NCBI GenBank assembly: GCA_964252075.1
Contig: CAXULY010000033.1
Coordinates: 1-62,112, forward strand
Direction of reading: 5' to 3'
Length of the DNA stretch: 62,112 nucleotides
Origin: an uncultured Deinococcaceae bacterium
GTDB taxonomy: Bacteria > Deinococcota > Deinococci > Deinococcales > Deinococcaceae
The stretch's first letter is position 1. The number at the start of each line of letters is the position of its first letter. Below are positions 1-9,413 of the stretch, one piece after another. Below the pieces are notes generated by a model. That model was given only the letters and a program-made list of their open reading frames with translations. It was not told the DNA's origin and searched no databases. The position numbers and the translations under genes were made by a program.

Positions 1-46
<46 letters not shown>

Positions 47-84
47 ATGACCTCCAAGTCAACACTTCCGACTGCGACCACCAG

Positions 85-118
85 AGGCCGCACCGAGCAA
101 TCGGTGCGGCCTTTTTTT
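85..118 (+). terminator. Intrinsic terminator directly after 16S rRNA
   Basis: 12-bp stem AGGCCGCACCGA / TCGGTGCGGCCT, GCAA tetraloop, then T7. Confidence 0.9.
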
Positions 119-130
119 GTGTTCGATGAC

Positions 131-170
131 AAAAGAAGAGGAGGGACGCCAAGGCGTCCCTCCTCTTCTT
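131..170 (-). terminator. Terminator of the hydrolase-SRPBCC operon
   Basis: 18-bp inverted repeat 133-150/153-170; T-tract on the minus strand; 5 nt past the stop at 176. Confidence 0.8.
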
Positions 171-175
171 GCACC

Positions 176-823
176 TCAGCTCAGGCTGCCGCTCTCGAAG
201 GCCTGCTTGAAGCGCCCCAGATCATCCGCGATCTGCTGGCTGGGTTCCTCACCAAAAATCTTGGCGACCGCGGCGCCCAGCGGGCCTGCGGGCGGACGGT
301 AGCTGAGCGCCACGTGCACGCGCGTGCCCCCGCCGGGCAGGCTCTCGAACTGCACGCTGCCCGCGTTGTCCACCGTCGCGCCGGGCAGGGAGTGCCAGCC
401 GATGCGCTCGCCGGGCTTGTCGTTCACGATTTCCGCTTCCCACTCCACGTGCGTGCCGAGGGGCGCCTTCGCCACCCAGCGCGAGCGGCGCTCGTCAAGG
501 GTGGTGACGCTCTCCAGGTGGCTCATGATGTGGGGGAGGTTGTCGAGCTTGCGCCAGTAGGCGTACACCTGAGCGGACGGCTTGTCGATCACCACGGAGT
601 GCTCGACGAAGATGGGCTTGCTGGACACGGCGCCCCCACCACCCATGCCGGCGGCGTCCATGATGGGGTCCTTGCCGGCAGCGCCACGGTAGATGAGGTA
701 ACCGCCCACGGCGGCCAGGGCGAAGCCCAGCACGCCACGGCGGCGCAGGCCGACGACGGCGAGCAGGCTGCCCGCCGCTGCGGAAATAAGACGCTGTTGG
801 TCGTTCACGGTGCCACTTTGCAT
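176..823 (-). CDS. SRPBCC/polyketide-cyclase family protein with N-terminal DUF2892-like membrane segment
   Basis: [44 protein letters not shown] motifs; GAGGAG SD upstream. Confidence 0.85.
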   Translation of the reverse strand: MQSGTVNDQQRLISAAAGSLLAVVGLRRRGVLGFALAAVGGYLIYRGAAGKDPIMDAAGMGGGGAVSSKPIFVEHSVVIDKPSAQVYAYWRKLDNLPHIMSHLESVTTLDERRSRWVAKAPLGTHVEWEAEIVNDKPGERIGWHSLPGATVDNAGSVQFESLPGGGTRVHVALSYRPPAGPLGAAVAKIFGEEPSQQIADDLGRFKQAFESGSLS

Positions 824-835
824 GACTGTTCCTCC

Positions 836-1816
836 TCAGGTGATGGTGCGGACTTCGGGGTGCTGCCAGAAATGATCGAGTGCCTGTCGGACTTCGGGCA
901 GGCGCTCGAACTGCGGCAGGCCCCGCGTCGGGGTCACCTGCACCGCCCGGATGTTGGCGTGATCGCTCACCAGGGCAGGCAGGCGGTCGAAACCGACGAA
1001 GGCATCCTGATCGTAAATGATGAGCGTCGGTTGGGTGAGCCGCGTGTAGATCTCCTCAACGGCGCCCCGCGTGAACAGCAGACCCGAGATGAAGTGCAGG
1101 GGCGCGTACCGTGCGCCCGGCTGGTGACTCGTCGGGTACGCGTAGGCCTCCAGACCGGCGTTCACGGGCCCCTCGAAGCTCTGGCGCAGGAAGTACTGAA
1201 TGCTCGCGCGCGACGCGATCAGGTCGTACAGTGCCTGCCCCCACAGGGCAAAAGCCAGCCAGCGGTACACCCTCCCTGAGCGGCCCTGCGCGCTGACCTC
1301 CTGTGTGCCGCGTCGCGCGCGCCCGAGGCCGCTCGGGGAGATCAGGGTCAGGGAGCGCACCCGGCGGTCCGCGAGGGCCGCCCGGGCGGCGAACTCCGCG
1401 CCGAGCGACAGGGCCACCACGTCCACCTCCGTCCCGATGTGCGCCAGCACCGCGTGGATCGCGCGCGCGTACAGCTCCGGGGTGTAGGCCGTATCGGGCC
1501 GCGCGCTGAAACCAAAGCCTGGCAGGTCCAGCGCGTACACCGGGCGCTGCGCGCGGTAGGCCTCGAAGATCGGTTGCATCTCGTAGGCGCTCGCGGCGGC
1601 GTTCACGCTGTGAAGGAGCAGCAGCGGGCGGCCCGGCGCGTGGGTGTCCGCGTAGTAGGACAGCGTGCCGAAGCCCGGCAGGTCCAGCGCGCCACGCGGC
1701 GCGTTCATCGCGTCAGGAAGCGGCAGGTTGTGCGGCACGGCGAAGCGGCTGAACAGCAGCCCTCCCAGGAATGCCGAGGCGGTCAGGCGGGGGAGGAGGC
1801 GCAGGGCAGACCGCAT
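836..1816 (-). CDS. Alpha/beta hydrolase-fold protein
   Basis: LLLHSVNA, ALDLPGFGFS, VVALSLG elbow. Confidence 0.85.
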   Translation of the reverse strand: MRSALRLLPRLTASAFLGGLLFSRFAVPHNLPLPDAMNAPRGALDLPGFGTLSYYADTHAPGRPLLLLHSVNAAASAYEMQPIFEAYRAQRPVYALDLPGFGFSARPDTAYTPELYARAIHAVLAHIGTEVDVVALSLGAEFAARAALADRRVRSLTLISPSGLGRARRGTQEVSAQGRSGRVYRWLAFALWGQALYDLIASRASIQYFLRQSFEGPVNAGLEAYAYPTSHQPGARYAPLHFISGLLFTRGAVEEIYTRLTQPTLIIYDQDAFVGFDRLPALVSDHANIRAVQVTPTRGLPQFERLPEVRQALDHFWQHPEVRTIT

Positions 1817-1868
1817 GGTGCGCTGAGTTTACGCACGGCCGCCGCCGAGCGGCATGAACGCAGCCTCA

Positions 1869-1888
1869 ACCTGAATTTAATTTCAGGT
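1869..1888. promoter_or_regulatory. Palindromic operator-like site between divergent hydrolase and response regulator genes
   Basis: ACCTGAATTTAATTTCAGGT, 20-bp dyad with one mismatched pair, AT-rich in a GC-rich context. Confidence 0.55.
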
Positions 1889-1902
1889 CGCACAATGGAG
1901 CC

Positions 1903-2565
1903 ATGCGGCTCATGCTCACCGAAGACGACACCAGCATCCGCGCGCCCCTCGCGCGCTACCTGCGCGAGCAGGGCTTCGCGGTGGACGAGGCGGCCACCGC
2001 CGACCACGCGCGCGAACTCGTGCGGCTGTACCCCTACGACGCCATGATCCTCGACGTGATGCTGGAGGACGGCCGCGACGCGGGCTTCGAACTGGTGCGG
2101 CAGTGGCGCCGCGAGGGCATCCGCACGCCCGTGCTGTTCCTCTCCGCGCGCGAGGGCCTCGATGACCGCGTGGAGGGCCTGGAGGTCGGCGGCGACGATT
2201 ACCTCGTGAAGCCCTTCCACCTGCGCGAGGTGGAGGCGCGCCTCTCCGCCCTGTTGCGCCGCTCCCCGAGCGCGCCCACCATGCAGGTGGAGCGTGGCGA
2301 GGTGACGCTCGACTGGAGCCGCCGCGCGGTGCTGCGCGACGGGCAGCCCGTGCACCTCACCGGCAAGGAACTCGGGGTGATCGAGCTGCTGAGCCGCAAC
2401 CCCGGCCGCCTCTACACCCGCGAGGAGATCATCGAGCGCGTGTGGGACGCGGAATTCGACGCGGAAACGAACGTGGTGGACGTGTACGTGCGCAACCTGC
2501 GCCGCAAGCTGGGGGACGGCATCGTGGAGACCGTGCGCGGCGTCGGTTACCGCTTCCCCGGCTGA
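1903..2565 (+). CDS. OmpR/PhoB-family response regulator
   Basis: LTEDD, ILDVML, GGDDYLVKPF receiver motifs; winged helix NVVDVYVRNLRRKL..ETVRGVGY. Confidence 0.95.
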   Translation: MRLMLTEDDTSIRAPLARYLREQGFAVDEAATADHARELVRLYPYDAMILDVMLEDGRDAGFELVRQWRREGIRTPVLFLSAREGLDDRVEGLEVGGDDYLVKPFHLREVEARLSALLRRSPSAPTMQVERGEVTLDWSRRAVLRDGQPVHLTGKELGVIELLSRNPGRLYTREEIIERVWDAEFDAETNVVDVYVRNLRRKLGDGIVETVRGVGYRFPG

Positions 2566-2569
2566 CGCG

Positions 2570-3901
2570 GTGACGGCGCCCGCCCGGCACCAAGCGCCCC
2601 TGAGCCTGCGCTGGCGCCTCACGCTGCTCGCCTCCGTGCTGATCGCCCTGGCGCTGCTCGCCCTCAGCCTGCTGGGCGGCGCGGCCCTGAAGAAGCAGCG
2701 GCTGGAGAGCCTGGACCGCGACCTGGGCGTGCAGTGGGGCGTGATCGCGGAGGCCGCCCGCGAGGCGGACGACTACGTGATTCCGGGGCGCGTGCTGAAC
2801 GAACTGGCCGCCAGCACGGAAGTCAGCGACGCGCGCATCCTGCGCGGCCGGACGGAAGTGTGGAGCGTCGGCTTCCGCGCCATGCCGGACGCCACGGCCT
2901 TCACGGGCACCCTCACGGTGAACGGCTGGCGCCTGCGCGTGGGGACCGTGGAGGGCCTCACGGTGGAGGTGGGCCGCCCGCTCTCGTCCCTCGACCAGAC
3001 GCTGCGCGACTACACACTCGCAGTGGTGCCGCTCGCCGTCATCCTGGCGCTGCTGGGTGGGAGCCTCGTGTACTTCACAGTGGGGCGCGCGCTCGCGCCC
3101 CTGACGCTCCTCACGAAGCGCGTGGGGCAGCTCGACTCCCCGGAGGCCGTGCCGGGCCTGGAGCGCGAGGACGAGGTGGGGCAACTCGCGCGCGCCCTGG
3201 ACCGCAGCCTCGCGGCACTCGCGCGCACCCGCGAGACGGAGAAGCTGTTCCTGGCCGCCGCCAGCCACGAACTGCGCACGCCCGTCACGGCGCTGCGCGC
3301 CGAACTGGAGTTCGCGCTCGCCCGCGCGCGCGACGCGAACAGTTACCGCGAGGCGCTGCGCCGCACCATGCGCACCACCGCGCACCTCGAGCGCCTCACC
3401 GTGAACCTCCTGACGCTCACGCGCCTGCGCAGCGTGCCCGCGCGACAGGAAGCGGTGGACCTGTGGGCGGTCGCGGCGGACGTCGTGGACCGCCTGATGC
3501 CGCTCGCGCTCGGCAAGGGCCTGTCCCTGGACCTGCTGGGCGAACCGGGCCTCGTGCGGGGCGACCCGGTGCTGCTCGACCGCCTCGTGGAGAACCTCAC
3601 GTACAACGCCATCCGGTACACCAGCGAGGGCGGCGTGGAGGTGCGCGTGGAAGCCGGGCGCCTGCGCGTGGAGGACTCCGGCCCGGGCTTCCCGCCCGGC
3701 CTCGCCGAGCGCCTCTTCGAGACCACCGAGGGCTTCGGCGTGGGCCTCAGCCTTGTGCGGCAGGTGGTGGCCGCGCACGGCGCGGCGCTGCAACTCGAGA
3801 ACCGACCCGAGGGCGGCGCGCGCGCCCAGGTGACCTTCCCTGAGGCAGCGTCACCCAAAGCGCGGCAGGGCCGGGACACCGCCCCGGCCCTGCCGCGCTG
3901 A
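2570..3901 (+). CDS. Sensor histidine kinase (2 TM, HAMP, HisKA, HATPase)
   Basis: ASHELRTP H-box, NLTYNAIRY N-box, EDSGPG G1 box. Confidence 0.92.
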   Translation: MTAPARHQAPLSLRWRLTLLASVLIALALLALSLLGGAALKKQRLESLDRDLGVQWGVIAEAAREADDYVIPGRVLNELAASTEVSDARILRGRTEVWSVGFRAMPDATAFTGTLTVNGWRLRVGTVEGLTVEVGRPLSSLDQTLRDYTLAVVPLAVILALLGGSLVYFTVGRALAPLTLLTKRVGQLDSPEAVPGLEREDEVGQLARALDRSLAALARTRETEKLFLAAASHELRTPVTALRAELEFALARARDANSYREALRRTMRTTAHLERLTVNLLTLTRLRSVPARQEAVDLWAVAADVVDRLMPLALGKGLSLDLLGEPGLVRGDPVLLDRLVENLTYNAIRYTSEGGVEVRVEAGRLRVEDSGPGFPPGLAERLFETTEGFGVGLSLVRQVVAAHGAALQLENRPEGGARAQVTFPEAASPKARQGRDTAPALPR

Positions 3902-3906
3902 GCGGG

Positions 3907-4101
3907 TCAGTCCTGGCCCTGCTCGTCCTCGTTCTGCTGGTGCTGCTCCTGAATGTCCTCGGCGGCGGCCTGGTCCGCGCCGCCGGGCGTCAGGCTGGGG
4001 TCCAGGTTGTTGTTCATGCCGTGACTCACGTCGTCCCGCCCGGTGTGCCCGCGCGCCGTCTCCGGCTTCGGGGGCTTCTCGTGCTGTTCGGGGCCCGGCA
4101 T
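3907..4101 (-). CDS. Small hydrophilic/acidic hypothetical protein
   Basis: 64-aa ORF starting 1 nt after the DUF2171-like gene stop; host-like codon use. Confidence 0.65.
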   Translation of the reverse strand: MPGPEQHEKPPKPETARGHTGRDDVSHGMNNNLDPSLTPGGADQAAAEDIQEQHQQNEDEQGQD

Positions 4102-4102
4102 G

Positions 4103-4369
4103 TCAGGACTGCGCCCGAAGTTCCTCGGGCGTCTTGTTCAGGTACACCGCGAGGTCGTCCGTGTGGTCAATCCACTCGATGGGAATCCAGCGGCGCACCC
4201 GGCCCTCACCGGGCGCCACGCTCTCCTCCTCAATCGCGATGTGCCCCTCCGGGCCGCTCTGATCGCTCACGTCCAGCACCGTGCCGACATGCACGCCACG
4301 CGCGCCGCCCATGCTGCCTTCCCCGAGCGCGTGCACCATCAGGCCCGGCTTGATGTCCTCGAGTCGCAT
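4103..4369 (-). CDS. DUF2171-like small protein
   Basis: IKPGLMVH..HVGTV..RWIPIEWI..VYLNKT pattern; AGGAGG SD. Confidence 0.7.
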   Translation of the reverse strand: MRLEDIKPGLMVHALGEGSMGGARGVHVGTVLDVSDQSGPEGHIAIEEESVAPGEGRVRRWIPIEWIDHTDDLAVYLNKTPEELRAQS

Positions 4370-4482
4370 GATGAACCTCCTGTACCGCCCAGCTTGGTCG
4401 CGCGCGGTACGCCCCGCGTGTGACCAGCCTTCACGCGCCTTGAGACGGTCGTCACATCGGGCGGCGCGCTACCTTGGAGCGT

Positions 4483-5430
4483 ATGAGCGACGCCCGCCCT
4501 GCCGCGCCCCCAGCGGGCATTGACGCCCTGAGTCTGGGGGCCATCGTGGTGACCATCGCCTTCTGGGCCTCGGCCTTCGCGGGCATCCGGGTGGGCCTCG
4601 CGCACTTCAACCCCGGTCACCTCACGCTGTACCGGTTCCTGGTGGCGTCCATTGCGCTCGGCGTGTACGCCGTGATCGCGCGCGTGCCGCTGCCCAGCTG
4701 GCGGGACCTCGCCGCCATCTTCGGCGTGAGCCTGCTGGGCATCACGCTCTACCACACCTTCCTGAACTTCGGGGAGCTCGCGGTGCCGGCGGGCACCGCG
4801 AGCCTCATCATCGCGGCGGGCCCCGTCATCACGGCGCTCCTCGCGACCGCCCTGGGGCACGAGCGCCTCAGCCCGCTCGGATGGGCGGCCACCGCCGTGA
4901 GTTTCGCGGGCGTCGCGCTGATCGTGCTGGGGAAAGCGGGCGGGCCGGGCGCGCCGGGGCACACGGGCGGCCTCAGTTACACGGCGGGCGCCCTGCTGAT
5001 CCTCGGCGCGGCGGTGTGCACCAGCCTGTACTTCGTGCTGCAGCGCCCGCTGCTGGGGCGCCTGCACCCCTTCCACTTCACGGTGTGGAGCCTCATCCTG
5101 GGCAGCGTGCCGTTCCTGGTGTTCCTGCCGGGCTTTGGGGCGGAACTCGCGCGCGCGCCGCTGAGCGCGCACCTCGCGGTGGTGTACATCGGGCTGTTCC
5201 CGGCGGCGCTCGCGTACCTCACCTGGACCTACGCCCTGTCGCGTATGCCCGCGAGCCGCGTCACGAGCTTCCTGTACGTCAGCCCGGTCTTCGCGATCTT
5301 CATCGCGTGGGTGTGGCTGGGTGAGGTGCCGAGCGCCGTCAGTCTGCTGGGCGGCGCGGTGGCGCTCGCCGGGGTGGTGCTGCTGAACACGCTGGGCCGC
5401 GTGCGCGCCGCCCGGCGGGCGGCCCCATGA
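4483..5430 (+). CDS. EamA/DMT-family transporter
   Basis: 10 hydrophobic helices, FWASAF, GTASLII, LGHERL, WLGEVP; start moved to ATG 4483 (7 nt after TACCTT). Confidence 0.9.
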   Translation: MSDARPAAPPAGIDALSLGAIVVTIAFWASAFAGIRVGLAHFNPGHLTLYRFLVASIALGVYAVIARVPLPSWRDLAAIFGVSLLGITLYHTFLNFGELAVPAGTASLIIAAGPVITALLATALGHERLSPLGWAATAVSFAGVALIVLGKAGGPGAPGHTGGLSYTAGALLILGAAVCTSLYFVLQRPLLGRLHPFHFTVWSLILGSVPFLVFLPGFGAELARAPLSAHLAVVYIGLFPAALAYLTWTYALSRMPASRVTSFLYVSPVFAIFIAWVWLGEVPSAVSLLGGAVALAGVVLLNTLGRVRAARRAAP

Positions 5431-6917
5431 GCGCCACGCCCGCGCAGGCCACGGAGGCCAGCATCCGGCTCTCGGACGTCGCGGTGCAGCTCGGCGGGCA
5501 GCAGGTGCTGTCTGGTGTGAACCTGTGCGTGCGGCCCGGCGAGTTCCTGGCGCTGATCGGCCCGTCCGGCGGTGGCAAGAGCACCCTGCTGCGCGTGATT
5601 GGCGGCCTGCTGAAACCGCAGCGCGGCAGGGTGGAGGTGAGCTGCGCGCCCGCCTTCGTGTTCCAGGATTACCGCCTGCTGCCCTGGCGCAGCGCGCTCG
5701 GCAACGTGCGCCTCCCGTCCGACCTGCACGGCGAGGGCGGGCTGCCGCCCGAGGAGGCGCTCCTGCAGGTGGGCATGCAGAGTTACGGGCATTACTACCC
5801 CGCGCAGCTCTCGGGCGGCATGCGTGCCCGAGTGGCGCTCGCGCGCGCCCTCGCGCAGTCCAGCGACGTGCTGCTGCTCGACGAGCCCTTCGCGGCGCTC
5901 GACGCGCTCGTGCGGGAGCGCTTCAACGACGAACTCAAGCACCTGCACGATAAGACCGGGCGCACCACGGTGCTCGTCACGCACTCCATCCGTGAGGCGG
6001 TGTACCTCGCGGATCGCGTGGCGGTGCTGCGCGGCGGGCGCATCGTGGAGGTGCTGGACACCCGCTCGGGCGGGCGCGTGAGCGCCTACACCGACGGCCT
6101 GGAAGCGGAGCTGCGCACGCTGCTCGGCACGGGGGACTCCACGCGCGTCCTGGTGGAGGAGGAGCCGCGCCGGGGCCTCAGCTGGCTGCTGCCGCTCGCG
6201 GCGGTGCTCCTGGGTTTGCTGGCTTGGCAGGTGGCGGCGCTGGCCCTGCACAACCCGCTGCTGCTCCCCACGCCCGCGCGCGTCTGGACGGAACTGCTGG
6301 GCGCCCTGCCGGAACTGCTGGGTGCGCTGTGGATCACCTTCCGCACGGCGGCACTCGGCGCGATGCTGGGGGGCGTCGTGGGCGCCCTGATCGGTTACCC
6401 GCTCGCGAAGCGGCCCGCCCTGGAGCGCTTCCTGAGTCCCTTCGTGGTGGCAAGCCAGAGCACCCCCATCGTGGTGCTCGCGCCCCTCCTCGTGAACTGG
6501 CTGGGCTTTGGGCTGTTGCCGGGCGTGGTGGTGGCGGCGCTCAGCGCGCTGTACCCCATCCTGGTGTCCACCCTGGTGGGCGTGCGGGAGGTGGACCGCG
6601 GCTACCAGGAGCTGTTCTCCAGCCTGCGCGCCACACCCTGGCAGCGCCTCGTGCGGCTGGAGGTGCCCGGCACGCTGCCCGTCATGCTGGGCGGCCTGCG
6701 CCTGTCCTTGAGCCTCGCCCTGATCGGCGCGATCGTCTGGGAGTTCACGGACAGCAACGTGCGGGGCCTGGGCTTCATCGTGAACCAGGCGCGCGCGTAC
6801 TACAACACGCCCCGGCAGTTCGCGGCCATCGCGCTGCTGGTGCTGCTCGGCGTGGCGCTGTACGCCCTCGTGACGGTGCTGGAGCGGCGCGTGCTGCGCC
6901 ACCGCAGGCGCCGCTGA
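5427..6917 (+). CDS. NitT/TauT/SsuBC-type ABC transporter, ATPase-permease fusion
   Basis: [20 protein letters not shown] followed by a BPD_transp_1 domain ([19 protein letters not shown]). Confidence 0.88.
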   Translation: MSATPAQATEASIRLSDVAVQLGGQQVLSGVNLCVRPGEFLALIGPSGGGKSTLLRVIGGLLKPQRGRVEVSCAPAFVFQDYRLLPWRSALGNVRLPSDLHGEGGLPPEEALLQVGMQSYGHYYPAQLSGGMRARVALARALAQSSDVLLLDEPFAALDALVRERFNDELKHLHDKTGRTTVLVTHSIREAVYLADRVAVLRGGRIVEVLDTRSGGRVSAYTDGLEAELRTLLGTGDSTRVLVEEEPRRGLSWLLPLAAVLLGLLAWQVAALALHNPLLLPTPARVWTELLGALPELLGALWITFRTAALGAMLGGVVGALIGYPLAKRPALERFLSPFVVASQSTPIVVLAPLLVNWLGFGLLPGVVVAALSALYPILVSTLVGVREVDRGYQELFSSLRATPWQRLVRLEVPGTLPVMLGGLRLSLSLALIGAIVWEFTDSNVRGLGFIVNQARAYYNTPRQFAAIALLVLLGVALYALVTVLERRVLRHRRRR

Positions 6918-6924
6918 CCGGGGT

Positions 6925-7458
6925 TCAGTGGGCGCGCAGCACCCGTGACGCGCCGCCCTCCAGGCGGTGCGCGCGCAGCACCACGCCGCCCGGCCGTTCA
7001 CCCAGCAGGAACTCCAGCTCCAGGCGGTCCGTGAACGCGCTCAGGTTCAGGCGCCGCAGCAGCACGCCCGCCGGCGGCCCGAACACGTACACCGCGCCGC
7101 GCGACCAAGCCTGCACGGCGCGCGCGAACTCCGGCAGGCGCAGCTCGGTGGGCGCGGCGCGCTCTACACCCAGGCGCGCCGCGAGCCACCCCTCCGTCCA
7201 GCGGTAACAGGGCGGGTGATGGTCGCTGCCGTCCTCGTCCAGGCGACCCGGCGCGCCCGTCCACTCCTCGCCGTCCACGTGCAGTGTGAGGTGCGCGCCC
7301 TGCAGGTCCGCGCTGTCCTGCACCACGAGTGCCAGGTCCGCCGTGCGGCGCAGGCGGTCCAGGTCCGCGAAGCGCGCGTCCAGGCGCGCCAGGGCGCCCA
7401 GCGTCAGGCGCGTGCTGAACTCGGGGGGGCAGGCGGTGAAGACGGCGTACGTGGACAT
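6925..7458 (-). CDS. Hypothetical protein
   Basis: Open frame with host-like codon bias; GGAG before ATG 7458. Confidence 0.55.
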   Translation of the reverse strand: MSTYAVFTACPPEFSTRLTLGALARLDARFADLDRLRRTADLALVVQDSADLQGAHLTLHVDGEEWTGAPGRLDEDGSDHHPPCYRWTEGWLAARLGVERAAPTELRLPEFARAVQAWSRGAVYVFGPPAGVLLRRLNLSAFTDRLELEFLLGERPGGVVLRAHRLEGGASRVLRAH

Positions 7459-7554
7459 GGGAACTCCAGGGAAGCCCATCGGCACGACGAGAAAAACACG
7501 GTTTGCGGTGCCTCCATGCTAGCACCGGCGCGCCCGGCACCCCCACACAGATGA

Positions 7555-7578
7555 GGGCCGGGCGGCGCCGCCCGGCCC
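7555..7578. terminator. Perfect 24-bp palindrome downstream of sugar ABC operon (probable terminator hairpin)
   Basis: GGGCCGGGCGGC/GCCGCCCGGCCC. Confidence 0.6.
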
Positions 7579-7593
7579 CCAGGAAGGTCGGCC

Positions 7594-8478
7594 CTACTTG
7601 ATGCTGCCGACCGTGATGCCATCAATGAACGCCCGCTGGAACAGCACGAACAGCGTGATGATGGGCAGCACCGACAGGAAGGACGCCGCCATCAGGAGGT
7701 TCAGGGACACCGCGTGCGTGGACCGGAACATCTGCAGGCCAATCGCGAGCGTGTACTTGCTGTCGTCCTGGAGGTAAATCATGGGGCCCAGGAAGTCGTT
7801 CCACGACGCGATGAACGCGAAGATCGCCACGACCGTCAGGGCGGGCTTCGCGAGCGGCAGCACCACGTACCGCATGGCCTGCCACTCGTTCGCGCCGTCA
7901 ATGCGGGCGGCCTCCGTGATCTCGCTGGGGATCTGCAGCAGGAACTGCCGCAGCAGGAAGATGTAGTACGGGCTGCCGAAGAAGGCGGGCACGATCAGCG
8001 GCAGGAAGGTGTTCACCCAGTTCAGCTTCGCGAACAGCACGAACAGCGGCACCATCGTGACGGGGAAGGGAATGAAGATGGTGGAGAGCATCAGCAGGAA
8101 CACCGCGTCGCGCCCCCGCCAGTTCACGCGCGAGAAGCCGTACGCGATCACGAAGTTCGAGAGGACCGCCCCGATCGCGCTGCACACCGCGACGATCACG
8201 CTGTTCAGGAAGTACCGCGCGAAGGGAATGTAGTCGGTGGCGGCGCGGAAGTAATCGAGGCTCCAGCGGTGCGGGAGCAGCGCGGGCGGGAAGGTCGCGA
8301 GTTCCTCCGGGCTCTTCATGCTGGTGACGAACATCCAGTACACCGGCGTGATGAAGAACAGCGCGCCCAGAATCAGGATGACGCGCGTGAAGACCTGCGA
8401 GCGCAGCACCAGCAGCAGCCTGGGGCCGCGCGTGGCGCGCGCGTGGGGCCGCGCGGGAAGACGCAGGGTGTCTTTCAT
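7594..8478 (-). CDS. Carbohydrate ABC transporter permease (MalG-like)
   Basis: EAARIDGAN EAA motif, WNDFLGP; start MKDTL overlaps upstream stop (ATGA). Confidence 0.92.
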   Translation of the reverse strand: MKDTLRLPARPHARATRGPRLLLVLRSQVFTRVILILGALFFITPVYWMFVTSMKSPEELATFPPALLPHRWSLDYFRAATDYIPFARYFLNSVIVAVCSAIGAVLSNFVIAYGFSRVNWRGRDAVFLLMLSTIFIPFPVTMVPLFVLFAKLNWVNTFLPLIVPAFFGSPYYIFLLRQFLLQIPSEITEAARIDGANEWQAMRYVVLPLAKPALTVVAIFAFIASWNDFLGPMIYLQDDSKYTLAIGLQMFRSTHAVSLNLLMAASFLSVLPIITLFVLFQRAFIDGITVGSIK

Positions 8479-9359
8479 GCCGTGACCTCGTAATGCACCC
8501 AGCGCTGCGACCAGCGGAACACGCCGATGGCCAGCCCGAAACTCACGAGGAACAGCAGCCACGACATCGCGGCGGCGTACCCCATCTGGCTGAACTGGAA
8601 GGCGTTGTTGTACAGGTAATACACGTAGAACAAGGTGGAGTCCACCGGGCCGCCCGCCGTGAGGATCACGGCGGGCGCCAGCACCTGCAGGCCCAGCCCC
8701 AGACCGATGATCACGTCGTACAGGATGACGGGCGTGATGAGCGGCAGCGTGATGTACCGGAACTTGTGCCACGCGGTGCCGCCGTCAATGTCGAGCGCGT
8801 CGTACAGGTCGCGCGGGATGCCCTTCATGGCGGCCAGGAAGATCAGCGCATACTGCCCGGCGCCCAGCTGCGCGAGCAGCACGATGCTGAACTTCGCGGT
8901 GGCGGGGTCCCCCAGCCAGTTGATGGGCGGCGCGCCCACCCAGCCCAGCACGAGGTTGTACAGCCCGTACTGCGGGTTGAGCAGCAGCAGGAACACGAAG
9001 GACAACGCGAAGACCGGCAGCACGCTCGGCAGGTAGAACACCAGGCGGTACACGGCCACCTCCCGCACGCGCTGGTTCATGGCGAGCGCCAGCACGATCG
9101 CGACGATCACGCCGAGCGGCACGGCGATCAGGGTGTAGTACGCGGTGTTGTACGCCGACTTCCAGAAGGTCGCGTCGTGAAAGAGCCGGGTGTAGTTGTC
9201 GAAGCCGATCCACTCGGCGGGCCCGAAGCCGGAGAACTCCGTGAAGCTGTAGTACCCCGAGGACACCAGCGGGTACACCAGGAACACCAGAAAACCGATG
9301 ATCCAGGGGCTGATGAGGCCGAGGCCGAGCGCGAGGTTGCGTCGTTCGAGGGCGGTCAT
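8475..9359 (-). CDS. Carbohydrate ABC transporter permease (MalF-like)
   Basis: WIGFDNY, IPRDLYDALDIDGG, FQFSQMGYAAA. Confidence 0.92.
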   Translation of the reverse strand: MTALERRNLALGLGLISPWIIGFLVFLVYPLVSSGYYSFTEFSGFGPAEWIGFDNYTRLFHDATFWKSAYNTAYYTLIAVPLGVIVAIVLALAMNQRVREVAVYRLVFYLPSVLPVFALSFVFLLLLNPQYGLYNLVLGWVGAPPINWLGDPATAKFSIVLLAQLGAGQYALIFLAAMKGIPRDLYDALDIDGGTAWHKFRYITLPLITPVILYDVIIGLGLGLQVLAPAVILTAGGPVDSTLFYVYYLYNNAFQFSQMGYAAAMSWLLFLVSFGLAIGVFRWSQRWVHYEVTA

Positions 9360-9413
9360 GACGCTCCTTGGCGGTCAGGGCCGGTCGCGCGCAAACGCGA
9401 CCGGCCCCGCGGG

